Positions 11,878-24,441 of a stretch of DNA of 64,000 bases are shown in pieces. The notes beneath the pieces are model-generated. The model had not been told where the DNA came from. It saw only the letters and a program-made list of their open reading frames with translations, and did no database searches. The stretch comes from Laetmonice hystrix (lineage: Eukaryota). Where the stretch lies: assembly GCA_965235115.1 (NCBI GenBank), contig OZ249436.1:17362001-17426000 (forward strand). Reading direction: 5' to 3'. A program made the position numbers and the translations under genes. Numbering within the stretch: position 1 is the first letter of the stretch; each line of letters opens with the position of its first letter.

Positions 11878-12605
11878 GGTAGTTTTCTAAGAAATTCTCT
11901 ATAATTTAGGCGAATTTTTTTCAAAATCCTGTTCTAATCAAACAGAAAAATGATACTGAGTTTGATCTGCCTGTTGGCTTCATATATACCCACTCCCACC
12001 CTCTTCCCAGGCAGCTCAGACTCTCAAGTGGCACCTTTGAACCCCTCCCCCTAATAACCTAGGCTTCCTGCCTGGGGTGGGTGACCACCTTTGAGGGGGT
12101 CCATACATCCACACAGACACTTGGAGTACATCTCTTTTGATGTTTCTTTGAAGTTAACATCCTTCCCATATTCCCTCAACTGAATTTGACACTTTTGAAA
12201 TCCAACATAGGGAGATATGGGGATAAATATAATAAAGTGGACCCTTTTTTTTACTGAAAATATGACAGCGGGTACTCACATGCTTCATAGGGAATGAAGA
12301 TTCTCACTTTATATTTATTAATTTCAACTTTTGAACACTTTACATGTTGGCTTAATACATAACTAAAATGAGAAGTTCATAGATGAATTTATTCATTGTC
12401 TAATTTGTGCACAAAGTCAGAATACTGCTATGAGTGCAGGGCAAAATAGGGTTTTTTTTTATCTCCGAGTGTCCATATTGTATATGATCGATAACTCAGT
12501 CTTCATTTAGTCTACACCATTTATATTTTGTGTGGTTGTTGCAAACATATAACCATTAAAGGGGTCCAATTTTGAACAGATTCGGGGTGATGGGTCTTGA
12601 TCTGT

Positions 12606-13057
12606 AGGTCATGACCCCCTATTTAGCCAATGGGCTGCTGGTTGTCCCTCAAAATGCTATGGAGTGAATGTATCTAGGGCCAAGAATGGATATAACCCCC
12701 CTGAATGTGCTCATCAAATACCACAGAGAAAAAGTTCACTATATATGATCAATAATATCAGTGTATTATTAGAGAATATCTGCTTAACTTTCCTTGGAAA
12801 ATCTTAGCCAATATGTTATGTATCACAGGCCTGTATTCTGGTCGATTTGGTGGTGCCACCTGGGGTCATGTAACAGAAGCTCCGATAAAATAAAATCTAA
12901 TCATTCAACCTATACGTAAATTGAGTTTTTATTGTCGGAAACATGCATATCTAACCTGCCATGCCAAGCAGACATTCGCAGAAATTATTTTAAACATTGA
13001 AAATGGCCAAAACATTACATTAAATTATAGAAGAAAATAAATAGTGGATCATAACCT
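12606..13057. repeat. Right long direct repeat (LDR), 452 bp
   Basis: Copy of 10055-10506 at an offset of 2551 bp. Confidence 0.95.
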
Positions 13058-13289
13058 CTAGGTGGTTACATGGAAGGCTGTCGCGGCGTTGCCGTTAACT
13101 ACCAGTCAACGTATGTCACCGGTGGTCCTTAGGTACGATATCAACAACAAAAAACCATTTCGCTTGTATCAGCGGTCTACAGTGATTTCAATTTCGTATA
13201 TCTTAAATTTGCTCGCCTCGCACTCCCCGATATATTTTCTGCGGGTCCCCGTATCATAATGGATGTCAAGTAAAAGCAGGGCCGCTGCA

Positions 13290-13660
13290 GTAACCAATCA
13301 TAGATTTAGAACACCCCATCGAGGCCCCCTGGCCAGCCAACCATAGCCAACCTTCCATCGAGGCATGGCCGGCGGCGGCTGCTGCTGCCACACGACAAGA
13401 CAACCGCTCTGAACACAACGTGCAGAGCAATACAACCAACATCACTGTTGCTATGCCAACACGTGTAACAAACGCTCGCAGTACCCATCGCCAAACCCCA
13501 ATGTCCAACATAAATGGACGAGGTTGAAGTGGGGACTGGTTGTTGTTGGGATACCGGTGGATAACGTTTGGAGCCGATACACCCGACCGCGAGCTTGGCG
13601 TTGGTGAGTCGGTCATTAAACGTGCACCGCGTGTTTTGGGGTTTGATGTAGGCTGGCGGT
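13290..13660 (+). promoter_or_regulatory. Putative promoter / 5' region of the host gene
   Basis: CpG-rich, CCAAT near 13294, RFX X-box-like GTTGCTATGCCAAC at 13447-13460, upstream of an ATG followed by a GTGAGA donor. Confidence 0.35.
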
Positions 13661-13662
13661 GA

Positions 13663-13676
13663 ATGGCTGACGGCAG
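13663..13676 (+). CDS. Putative first coding exon (MADGR) of an unidentified coiled-coil gene
   Basis: ATG GCT GAC GGC AG then GTGAGA donor. The phase-2 end fits both the 14082 and the 33222 exon. Confidence 0.45.
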
Positions 13677-14081
13677 GTGAGACCTGGTCGTCGTGTGCGG
13701 AACGCTCGTTCCCACGGTTTGTCTACAGGTAGGCCTAGAGTGGAGTACGCGGAACGCTCGGTCCGAGAACGCTCCATAACAAACGTCGCCGGCCGTGCAC
13801 GTGGGGGAGTACGTACGTACGGGCGGGCGGACGCTCGGTGTCCGCGTCTCGGCGTCGATTTGTGACGAGCAGACGATATTCGTGGATCCTACCCGCCTGA
13901 CGTTATAAAGTCGGCTGGACGGACGGGCGTGTGTGGCTGGACGGACGGTTTACGGTCGGAGACGGGGGTCAAACATGTGAATCCCAATGAGTACGCGATC
14001 AAATGAAACGTGAGTATGCAAACAGACGTCCTATATTTGTGTGTTTCCTTTATCTTTTTGTGTTTTTACTGTTTGTTTTAG

Positions 14082-14106
14082 AAACGGTTTGGGACAGCTG
14101 AAAGTG
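14082..14106 (+). CDS. Putative micro-exon (NGLGQLKV)
   Basis: Long T-rich tract plus TAG acceptor, GTGAGA donor, in frame with exon 1. It ends in phase 0, so it cannot join 33222 directly. Confidence 0.4.
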
Positions 14107-14593
14107 GTGAGAAACTGGGCTGCGTTGGTTGGGAGACCCACACAGACTGTCAGGTGGAGGTCTATTACCTGTGCTGTCAACGTGAGAGGGACGGAGTCGG
14201 GGAGTAGATGTATGTGTCCCCTTGTCCAGGGTTGGGCACGGAAAGAACAATGAAATTTATTATCTCAACTCTGGCTCACAGTGGGCGTTTTATTGATATG
14301 TGAAAACGTTGGTGACACGTATTAACGTTCAGTGGTTGAGCCCCGAGAGCGTGTATAGATCATACAGCACCTAACCCACCGAGCCACACATCGACACAGC
14401 TGGCGGTGTGTGGGTATGGGTCTGGGTGGGTGTGGGGGCGGGCGTGGATCTCGAGGTGTCACCTGGATCATTGCGGGCGTGCTTCAGTACATTGGCCTGA
14501 TTACAGGCCATACTGTGACCCAACCATCGATTCTGGCCAAAAATGTGAATTTTAAAACCGGTTTATCGATGGCAACAGCCACTTGGGGTCGGT

Positions 14594-14662
14594 GATGACG
14601 ATGGGGTGATGATGATGGGGTGATGATGATGGGGTGATGATGATGGGGTGATGATGATGGGG
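14594..14662. repeat. 14-bp tandem repeat
   Basis: (GATGATGATGGGGT)n. Confidence 0.9.
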
Positions 14663-14749
14663 GTCAGCTATTCCCCATGGTAACATTTAAACGAAATTAG
14701 GGGCAGAGCTAGCAAGATTTAGGGGGGGGGGGGGGTCTAGGGACCGATA

Positions 14750-15240
14750 GTAGGGTTTACAGTGAGGCGTTGGGTTGGGGACCGGTGGTCGGGGTTACAG
14801 TGAGGCGTTGGGTTGGGGACCGGTAGTCGGGTTGGGGACCGGTTGTCGGGGTTACACTGAGGCGTTGGGTTGGGGACCGGTAGTCGGGTTGGGGACCGGT
14901 TGTCGGGGTTAGAGTGAGGCGTTGGGTTGGGGACCGGTGGTCGGGGTTACAGTGAGGCGTTGGGTTGGGGACCGGTAGTCGGGTTGGGGACCGGTTGTCG
15001 GGGTTACAGTGAGGCGTTGGGTTGGGGACCGGTAGTCGGGTTGGGGACCGGTTGTCGGGGTTACAGTGAGGCGTTGGGTTGGGGACCGGTAGTCGGGTTG
15101 GGGACCGGTTGTCGGGGTTACAGTGAGGCGTTGGGTTGGGGACCGGTGGTCGGGGTTACAGTGAGGCGTTGGGTTGGGGACCGGTGGTCGGGGTTACAGT
15201 GAGGCGTTGGGTTGGGGACCGGTGGTCGGGGTTACAGTGG
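14750..15240. repeat. G-rich minisatellite, about 38/60-bp units
   Basis: GGGGTTACAGTGAGGCGTTGGGTTGGGGACCGGTGGTC repeated. Confidence 0.95.
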
Positions 15241-15619
15241 TTGGGCGATCTCACCCGCACCACTAGAGATTTCGTGGTAGTTACCATGAGGTACCGGTAC
15301 CGGTAAAGATTATCCGAGCACCAGCCTGCAGCTATTATTGGTATTATGTGTTTGCGATGTGAAACATTTTGCAGCGTCATGACCCCAGTAATGACAGGCC
15401 GTACGTAACACGTGGGACCTGAATAAGGTGACTCATACGATGGATGCGAATGTTAGTAATATATGGGGGAAACCACCATTTCACAACAAAATAATCGATT
15501 GTGGAGTCAGCACTGACTGACTGTAAAAAACGGAGTGGCATCATCCTGTGTACGCATTGCTGACAAAGTCCGACCTGGTTGATGTCAATCAGTCCTGGTA
15601 AATCTATATCCACACCTCA

Positions 15620-17635
15620 GTAAGATAGTCCAGGTTTGACCTCGGTAAGGTAGTCCAGGTATGACCTCGGTAAGGTAGTCCAGGTACGACCTCGGTAAGG
15701 TAGTCCAGGTACGACCTCGGTAAGGTAGTCCAGGAATGACCACGGTAAGGTAGTCCAGATACGACCTCGGTAAGGTAGTCCAGGAACGACCACGGTAAGG
15801 TAGTCCAGGTACGACCTCGTTAAGGTAGTCCAGGTACGACCTCGTTAAGGTAGTCCAGGTACGACCTCGGTAAGGTAGTCCAGGTATGACCTCGGTAAGG
15901 TAGTCCAGGTACGACCTCGGTAAGGTAGTCCAGGAATGACCACGGTAAGGTAGTCCAGGTATGACCTCGTTAAGGTAGTCCAGGTACGACCACGGTAAGG
16001 TAGTCCAGGTATGACCTCGTTAAGGTAGTCCAGGTACGACCACGGTAAGGTAGTCCAGGTATGACCTCGTTAAGGTAGTCCAGGTACGACCACGGTAAGG
16101 TAGTCCAGGAATGACCACAGTAAGGTAGTCCAGGTATGACCTCGGTAAGGTAGTCCAGGTACGACCTCGGTAAGGTAGTCCAGATACGACCTCGGTAAGG
16201 TAGTCCTGGGCCCGGTTCACAAACAAAGTCAAGTCAATTTTAATTGACTTGAAGTCAAATTTACTTGAATCTGATTGGTTAAAATGGATTTCAAGTTAAT
16301 TAAAATTGACTTGACTTTGTTTGTGAACCGGGCCCAGGAATGACCACGGTAAGGTAGTCCAGGTACGACCTCGGTAAGGTAGTCCAGGTACGACCTCGGT
16401 AAGGTAGTCCAGATACGACCTCGGTAAGGTAGTCCAGATACGACCTCGGTAAGGTGGTCCAGGAATGACCACGGTAAGGTAGTCCAGGTACGACCATAGT
16501 AAGGTAGTCCAGGTACGACCATAGTAAGGTAGTCCAGGTACGACCTCGGTAAGGTAGTCCAGGAATGACCACGGTAAGGTAGTCCAGATACGACCTCGGT
16601 AAGGTAGTCCAGGAACGACCACGGTAAGGTAGTCCAGGTACGACCTCGTTAAGGTAGTCCAGGTACGACCTCGTTAAGGTAGTCCAGGTATGACCTCGGT
16701 AAGGTAGTCCAGGTACGACCTCGGTAAGGTAGTCCAGGAATGACCACGGTAAGGTAGTCCAGGTATGACCTCGTTAAGGTAGTCCAGGTACGACCACGGT
16801 AAGGTAGTCCAGGTATGACCTCGGTAAGGTAGTCCAGGTATGACCACGGTAAGGTAGTCCAGGTACGACCTCGGTAAGGTAGTCCAGGAATGACCACGGT
16901 AAGGTAGTCCAGGTACGACCACGGTAAGGTAGTCCAGGTACGACCTCGGTAAGGTAGTCCAGGAATGACCACGGTAAGGTAGTCCAGGTATGACCTCGTT
17001 AAGGTAGTCCAGGTACGACCACGGTAAGGTAGTCCAGGTATGACCTCGTTAAGGTAGTCCAGGTACGACCTCGTTAAGGTAGTCCAGGTATGACCTCGGT
17101 AAGGTAGTCCAGGTACGACCTCGGTAAGGTAGTCCAGGAATGACCACAGTAAGGTAGTCCAGGTATGACCTCGGTAAGGTAGTCCAGGTACGACCTCGGT
17201 AAGGTAGTCCAGGTACGACCTCGGTAAGGTGGTCCAGGAATGACCACGGTAAGGTAGTCCAGGTACGACCTCGGTAAGGTAGTCCAGATACGACCTCGGT
17301 AAGGTAGTCCAGGAATGACCACGGTAAGGTAGTCCAGGTATGACCTCGGTAAGGTAGTCCAGATACGACCTCGGTAAGGTGGTCCAGGAATGACCACGGT
17401 AAGGTAGTCCAGGTACGACCATAGTAAGGTAGTCCAGGTACGACCTCGGTAAGGTAGTCCAGGTACGACCTCGGTAAGGTAGTCCAGATATGACCACATT
17501 AAGGTAGTCCAGGTATGACCTCGTTAAGGTAGTCCAGGTACGACCACGGTAAGGTAGTCCAGGTACGACCTCGTTAAGGTAGTCCAGGTACGACCTCGGT
17601 AAGGTAGTCCAGGAACGACCTCGGTATAGGTAGTC
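15620..17635. repeat. 25-bp minisatellite interrupted by a MITE
   Basis: (GGTAAGGTAGTCCAGGTACGACCTC)n with variant units. Confidence 0.97.
16209..16334. mobile_element. 126-bp hairpin MITE with CWG target (NuwaI/Harbinger-like)
   Basis: TIR of about 45 bp, GGCCCGGTTCACAAACAAAGTCAAGTCAATTTTAATT...; flanks are CTG (left) and CAG (right). Confidence 0.9.
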
Positions 17636-19049
17636 CAAGTAACTCGAACACCCTGGAGTTGGGCCTCATACAGCCTGTACAGTGTATAGTGAGAGTACCA
17701 CGCCCCCCGGTTGGTTAAATGAAATTTGTTCCTGTCCTGGAGATGGCCAGTAATTACCGAGAGGACATAAACCACCAGACCACGTCCCAGCCGCAGCAGT
17801 GGACGCGCAGGTGACGGCGTGACCTGGACCGACCTACCGGAGGAGGGGGGCGGGGGTGATCATAGGACCCGTTTTAATATGACCGAGGTGTGTGAACGCG
17901 AGCCCACACGGCCAGCTGGTGCCCGACAGGCAGGCCAACAATGTCGGGTCGGAGACGGTCGTAGTACCTGCCCGCTCCTTTCCCAGAACTCACCTCTATA
18001 TCAGTTAGGTGGTCTACCTCCAGGTGAACCACCCAGGCTGCCTCACCTGTGTGTGGTGGAGGGGGGGGGGGCGATCGCGAGATGACTAGATCATTCAGTG
18101 TTAATCTGTATGACAACCTTAGTGTACACAGGAAGACATGGAGAGAAGCTCCAGTATTTGGGATTACAATAATCCACAGAGTCGGATCACAAAGCTTTGT
18201 GAAACTATCTAGATCAAATATAATCTGGCGGAACCAAGGATCTTTACGTAATGGATATATTTACGCATTAAAATCATGTACATCTGTAGCACCAAGGATA
18301 TAAATCTACGTTTTGATGTCTTCTCAAGCTGTGCACCAAGGATGTTTACATCTTGAAGTCTTTTGAAGTTTTACCTCAAGGAAGTTTACAAATTGGAGTC
18401 TCCTCAAGCTGTGCAGCAAGGATGTTTACATAGTCAAGTCTTTTAAAGTTTTATACCAAGGAGGTTTACATAATGAAATTGTTTGAAATTGTGCACCGAG
18501 GATGTTTGCATATTGGAGTTTTTGAAACATAAGCGTGATTTGACACAGCCGAAGATTATCTTGAGATGGCCACGTGCATCCTGTACAGGTAGGAGTAAAG
18601 ACTTTGTTAAAAACCTTCCATGATCATGATATGGCTTCATTGTTGAGGATTATCTGGAGCATTATTTTCAGAAATCCTTTAAATTTTTAAGTAATGATAG
18701 AAGATTAATTTTTATGTACTAAATATATGTGGCCTATGGTTTCATGACATGGTACTAGTCTGAAATTGTAACCACCTCAATAGGACTTTGTTTGATAATT
18801 TTAGTGGCAGAATTCCAGCTGGGCCGAGCTGAACTTGAACAAAAGTAATTACAGGTCCACGTTTCAGATGGCACCACAAAGGCTGCCGGTTGCGATCCAA
18901 GCTTATACAGTTTGTAAGGTCAGAGATCGAAGGTCATAGGTCAGATCTTCTCTTTGTTATCCAAGCGGTAATTGACCTCGATCACGTGCCGTGCATCCAT
19001 GGCACCACGTCAGGTACTTCCGGTAGAACCACTTCCTGTCAGCGGGCAC

Positions 19050-19515
19050 TCGGATCTCGGTTATATAGAAGCTGGACCTCGGTTATAGAGGAAGGAACTC
19101 GGGTCATAGAGGAGGGACCTCTGTTACAGAGGTTGGACCTCGGTTATAGAGGCTGGACCTCGGTTATAGAGGAGGGACCTCGGTTACAGAGGTTGGACCT
19201 CGGTTATAGAGGCTGGACCTCGGTTATAGAGGTTGGGCCTCGGTTATAGAGATTGGGCCTCGGTTATAGAGATTGGACCTCGGTTATAGAGGCTGGACCT
19301 CGGTTATAGAGGCTGGACCTCGGTTATAGAGGAGCGACCTCGGTTACAGAGGTTGGACCTCGGTTACAGAGGCTGGACCTCGGTTATAGAGGTTCGACCT
19401 CGGTTATAGAGATGGGACCTCGGTTACATAGGTTGGACCTCGGTTTTAGAGGTTGAACCGCGGTTATAGAGGTTGGACCTCGGTTACAGAGGTTGGACCT
19501 CGGTTATAGAGGTTG
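19050..19515. repeat. 20-bp minisatellite
   Basis: (CCTCGGTTATAGAGGTTGGA)n. Confidence 0.95.
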
Positions 19516-19939
19516 ACATCAATCGAAAAGAGTAGGGAGTTCGCCTCGGCGAGCGGGGTTTCTTCCCAGTGTATCATCTCATCATCAAAAAATGGATTTC
19601 TCTGATATAGGTGAAATAAGTATTGGTGGGCATTGACTTTATATAGAAACTTATCATGACCTTCATCAGACAATCTTAGCGGACTTGAGGTCACAGATAC
19701 ACGGGACAGCTGAAGGTGTTCTCATAGCGATCGTGTACGACTAATGGTCGTATAGACACCGACCCCGTGAGGTCAAGGGGGGGGGGTAGAATCCTGGCTC
19801 ATTCTGGACTCAAAAAACTGCCGGCCGGGAGCGGGGGGGGGGGGGGGGGCGTGCAGGCATGCGCACAGCTCGGTTAACCAGATGTGGACAGTGGGTAGCT
19901 GACTGAACTGGGACTGGTCTGTGAGGCTCCACGTCGAGG

Positions 19940-20980
19940 GTGGGAGGGGGGGGGGGGGTGGAGGGGGGGAGGTCCTAGCTCTATGTGGGGATGGGGGGGA
20001 GGTGCTGGCTCCATGTGGGGGTGGAGGGGGGGAGGTGCTGGCTCCATGTGGGGATGGGGGGGGGGTGCTGGCTCCATGTGGGGGTGGAGGGGGGGGGTCC
20101 TGGCTCCATGTGGGGATGGGGGGGGGGGAGGTGCTGGCTCCATGTGGGGGTGGGGGGGAGGGGGGAGGTGCTGGCTCCATGTGGGGGTGGGGGGGGGGGA
20201 GGGGGGAGGTGCTGGCTCCATGTGGGGGTGGGGGGGGGGGTGGGGGGTGGGGGGGGGTAAGGTCCTGGCTTCATGTGGAGGGGGAGATCCAGGCTCCATG
20301 TCGGGTGGGGAAGTGTAAGGGCAAGGTCCTGGGTCCACGTCCGGGGTGGGGGTGTGATGGGAAGGTCCTGGGTCCACGTCGGGGGTCTGAGGGCAACCCC
20401 CTCCCGGGCCCCCAGTCCCCCTCCCTCCCCCTCCCCTCCCTTCCGCTCTCGGTCTCCCTGCCCCCTCCCTGTCCCCCAGTCCCACTGCCGCCCTCCCGGT
20501 CCCTTTCTGTCCCCTCCCTCCTAGTCTCCCTGCCCCCTGTGGCTCTCCCGGTCCCCCTACCCCCTACCTCCCTGCCCCCTGCCACCCGGTCCCCCTCCCT
20601 CCCTCCCTGCCACCCGGTCCCCCTCCCTCCCTCCCTGCCACCCGGTCCCCCTCCCTCCCTCCCTCCCGGTCCCCCTCCCTCCCTCCCGGTCCCCCTCCCT
20701 CCCTGCCACCCGGTCCCCCTCCCTCCCTCCCTCCCTCCCTCCCTCCCTCCCTCCCTCCCTCCCTCCCTCCCTCCCTCCCTCCCTCCCTGCCCCCTGCCGC
20801 CCTCCCTGTCACCCGGTCCCCTCCCTCCCTCCCTCCCTCCCTCCCTGCCGGTCCCCCTGCCGCCCTCCCTGTCCCCTGCCGCCCTCCTTGCCCGCCCTCC
20901 TTGCCCGCCCTCCCTGCCGGTCGCCCTCCCTGTCCCTCCCGGTCCCCCTCCCTCTCTTTCTATCCCTTCCCTCCCGTTCC
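19940..20980. repeat. G-rich minisatellite abutting C-rich low-complexity sequence
   Basis: GGAGGTGCTGGCTCCATGTGGGGG units to about 20390, then (CCCT)n/CCCGGT-rich sequence. Confidence 0.9.
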
Positions 20981-21447
20981 CCCGCCGTGAGACTGACCCA
21001 ATCTGCTGCAGACGTAATTACAGTTAACAGGTGTAGAAGATGACAGGTGTGGGGGTATGAGCTGAGAGCTGGACCGTTTGGTGACGTGTAGGAAAATCTC
21101 CACTAGGAGCAGCAGTCTGTGTGTAATCAACTCATGATCCTCTAAATATTGTACTGGAAGTGGTCGGTAAGGTTTGGTGACGTCCATCATGTTGTTTTCT
21201 TATAATGCTTCATTTAGACTGAACTGATGACCTGTTTCACCGGAAATACACATGGGGCAGTTCATATTTGTATGTTCCAACCCCCCCCCCCAAAGAAAAA
21301 CACCTTCACGGAACCTAGTAGAGGGTCTCTCCTCAACTGAGGCTGAAGTGTCACGTAAGACCCAGAATGGTAGGTTTAGAGGTCACCTTTGCTTAACGTA
21401 ATCCTGGATCAATGAAGAGTCCTGTACGGTTGATCTGGAGAGAGTTA

Positions 21448-22347
21448 AGCCCCTGTCACACTTTCCCGGATCGCACGACGGTTTGGAATGATCCGTAGCG
21501 GAAGGCGATCCGGCAGCTTCCGTGACCTGGAAAGGCGATGATGCGTGAAACTCCGTATCCAGAACGGGTCGATAAGGGTTGACACGGCTCCAGTAGGGGT
21601 TACTACGACATTGTTACGGGTTGAGAAGGATTGTTACGAATAGCTTCCCGGGGCTACTCCGTATAGGTACGGCTTACTATGGCTCACTACGGCTCTCTTA
21701 CGGGTTGATGCGGTTCCACTACGGATTACTACGGGCTGTTACGTATCTCCGACGGGTTATTACGGATCGAACAGGTTGGGGTGCTCGCCAATATATAGGC
21801 GAGCGTCACCACGTGCCACACGCGTTGGCCACCTTGATTTGAAGCAACCCGTAGCAAGCCATACCAACCCGTCACAATACGTAAGGTACCACCGTAGCAC
21901 ACCGTATCAACCCGTAGTGGATACGTACCAATACTTTGTGTGATCCGTTCCTATACCTACCAATACTTACCTATGCGTACCAACCCGGGAAGGATACCTA
22001 ACAACACGTAGTGGATCCATCACCGATCACGTGATCACGGCTTACTAGGGAAACGCTAGGTGTCCACTAAGGTTTGCTACGTATCGTCTACGGGTTACTA
22101 CGGGTCATCTACGGGTTGCTACGGATCCGCTACGGCGATTTTATCCGTGGTCGAAATCGAAAAAGTTTTGAACATGTTCAAAACTTTTCCACGGGTCGAA
22201 AGACCGCTACGAATCGGTACGGGTTGCCACGGGTAGCTACGGAACATCCCGGATCACGCCGGATCGGACCACGGATCATGCCGGATGCGCCCGTAGCCCC
22301 GATCCGGCAAGACCCGGCGCGCGATCCGGGAAAGTGTGACAGGGGCT
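21448..22347. mobile_element. Complete 900-bp PIF/Harbinger-type non-autonomous element
   Basis: Perfect 27-bp TIR AGCCCCTGTCACACTTTCCCGGATCGC, TTA TSD (21445-21447, 22348-22350), many TACGG/CCGTA motifs, internal 28-bp palindrome at 22161-22188. Confidence 0.93.
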
Positions 22348-22904
22348 TTACCGCCGCATGTGAAAACTTCTATTGTGTAAGGCATAACGAGCATTGCTCA
22401 TAGTTATCCAGGATTGTGCAATATTGGTTCAGTTGTTCAGACTGAACGACTCAAGCCGTTCACGTTCATGGACTGTGAACAGTGTCTGTAACCTATAACC
22501 TCTATAACCTCTACCTCCTCTCACCCCAGCCCCGCCTTCCACCCCTGAATCACTACCGGGACGGCGTCTGGCTGACACCTGAAGCCTTGCTTCCAGCGGT
22601 TCGCTGACCCCTCGTTTAAAACTGGCAGCGTTCCGATGACCCCAGGTGTAACACTGCCAGGCTCTCTGACAGAGCGGGAAATACTTTCCCATGCCCTGTT
22701 TTCGAAAGACAGTCTGAGAAATACTGCCAGGAGACCGGAGTCTGTGTTAATTACAGGTGTGTGGGGCCTAACTGTCGGCAGGAGATCTGAGGGACACTTG
22801 AAGGAAACACCTGAACGGCTAAATGAAATTTTCACGTAAATAATCAAACAGAATATTCTGTTTGCAAAGGATGGGGGAGGGGGGGGGGGGGGTTGTGATT
22901 GTTG

Positions 22905-24441
22905 TTTAGAAGTTACATCTTGTCGGTAATTGGTGGACATCTTCAGAAGTTACATCTTGTCGGTAATTGGTGGCCATCTTCAGAAGTTACATCTTGTCGG
23001 TTTGGTGGACATCTTCAGAAGTTACATCTTGTCGGTTTGGTGGACATCTTCAGAAGTTACATCTTTTCGGTAATTGGTGGCCATCTTCAGGAGTTACATC
23101 TTGTCGGTAATTGGTGGCCATCTTCAGGAGTTACATCTTGTCGGTAATTGGTGGACATCTTCAGAAGTTACATCTTGTCGGTTTGGTGGACATCTTCAGA
23201 AGTTACATCTTTTCGGTAATTGGTGGCCATCTTCAGGAGTTACATCTTGTCGGTAATTGGTGGCCATCTTCAGGAGTTACATCTTGTCGGTAATTGGTGG
23301 CCATCTTCAGAAGTTACATCTTGTCGGTTTGGTGGACATCTTCAGAAGTTACATCTTTTCGGTAATTGGTGGCCATCTTCAGGAGTTACATCTTGTCGGT
23401 AATTGGTGGCCATCTTCAGGAGTTACATCTTGTCGGTAATTGGTGGCCATCTTCAGAAGTTACATCTTGTCGGTAATTGGTGGACATCTTCAGAAGTTAC
23501 ATCTTGTCGGTAATTGGTGAACATCTTCAGAAGTTACATCTTGTCGGTAATTGGTGGCCATCTTCAGGAGTTACATCTTGTCGGTTTGGTGGCCATCTTC
23601 AGAAGTTACATCTTGTCGGTAATTGGTGAACATCTTCAGGAGTTACATCTTGTCGGTAATTGGTGGCCATCTTCAGGAGTTACATCTTGTCGGTTTGGTG
23701 GCCATCTTCAGAAGTTACATCTTTTCGGTAATTGGTGGACATCTTCAGAAGTTACATCTTGTCGGTAATTGGTGGCCATCTTCAGAAGTTACATCTTGTC
23801 GGTAATTGGTGGACATCTTCAGAAGTTACATCTTGTCGGTAATTGGTGGACATCTTCAGAAGTTACATCTTGTCGGTAATTGGTGGCCATCTTCAGAAGT
23901 TACATCTTGTCGGTAATTGGTGGACATCTTCAGAAGTTACATCTTGTCGGTAATTGGTGGCCATCTTCAGAAGTTACATCTTGTCGGTTTGGTGGACATC
24001 TTCAGAAGTTACATCTTGTCGGTAATTGGTGGACATCTTCAGAAGTTACATCTTGTCGGTAATTGGTGGCCATCTTCAGAAGTTACATCTTGTCGGTAAT
24101 TGGTGGACATCTTCAGAAGTTACATCTTGTCGGTAATTGGTGGCCATCTTCAGAAGTTACATCTTGTCGGTTTGGTGGACATCTTTAGAAGTTACATCTT
24201 GTCGGTAATTGTTGGCCATCTTCAGAAGTTACATCTTGTCGGTAATTGGTGGACATCTTCAGAAGTTACATCTTGTCGGTTTGGTGGACATCTTCAGAAG
24301 TTACATCTTGTCGGTTTGGTGGCCATCTTCAGAAGTTACATCTTTTCGGTAATTGGTGGCCATCTTCAGGAGTTACATCTTGTCGGTAATTGGTGGCCAT
24401 CTTCAGAAGTTACATCTTGTCGGTAATTGGTGGACATCTTC
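22905..24441. repeat. 35/37-bp minisatellite
   Basis: (CTTCAGAAGTTACATCTTGTCGGTAATTGGTGGCCAT)n. Confidence 0.97.

Larger units (their letters stand above)
10055..13057 (-). mobile_element. KolobokP-like composite DNA transposon (long direct repeats, His-Me nuclease, deleted DDE transposase)
   Basis: Two 452-bp direct repeats, each with its own TIRs, enclose convergent His-Me nuclease and Kolobok-like transposase ORFs. Confidence 0.88.

Noticed and set aside
10055..13057. LTR retrotransposon interpretation of the direct repeats
   Set aside because: No TG...CA ends and no gag, RT or integrase; the internal ORFs are a His-Me nuclease and a DNA transposase.
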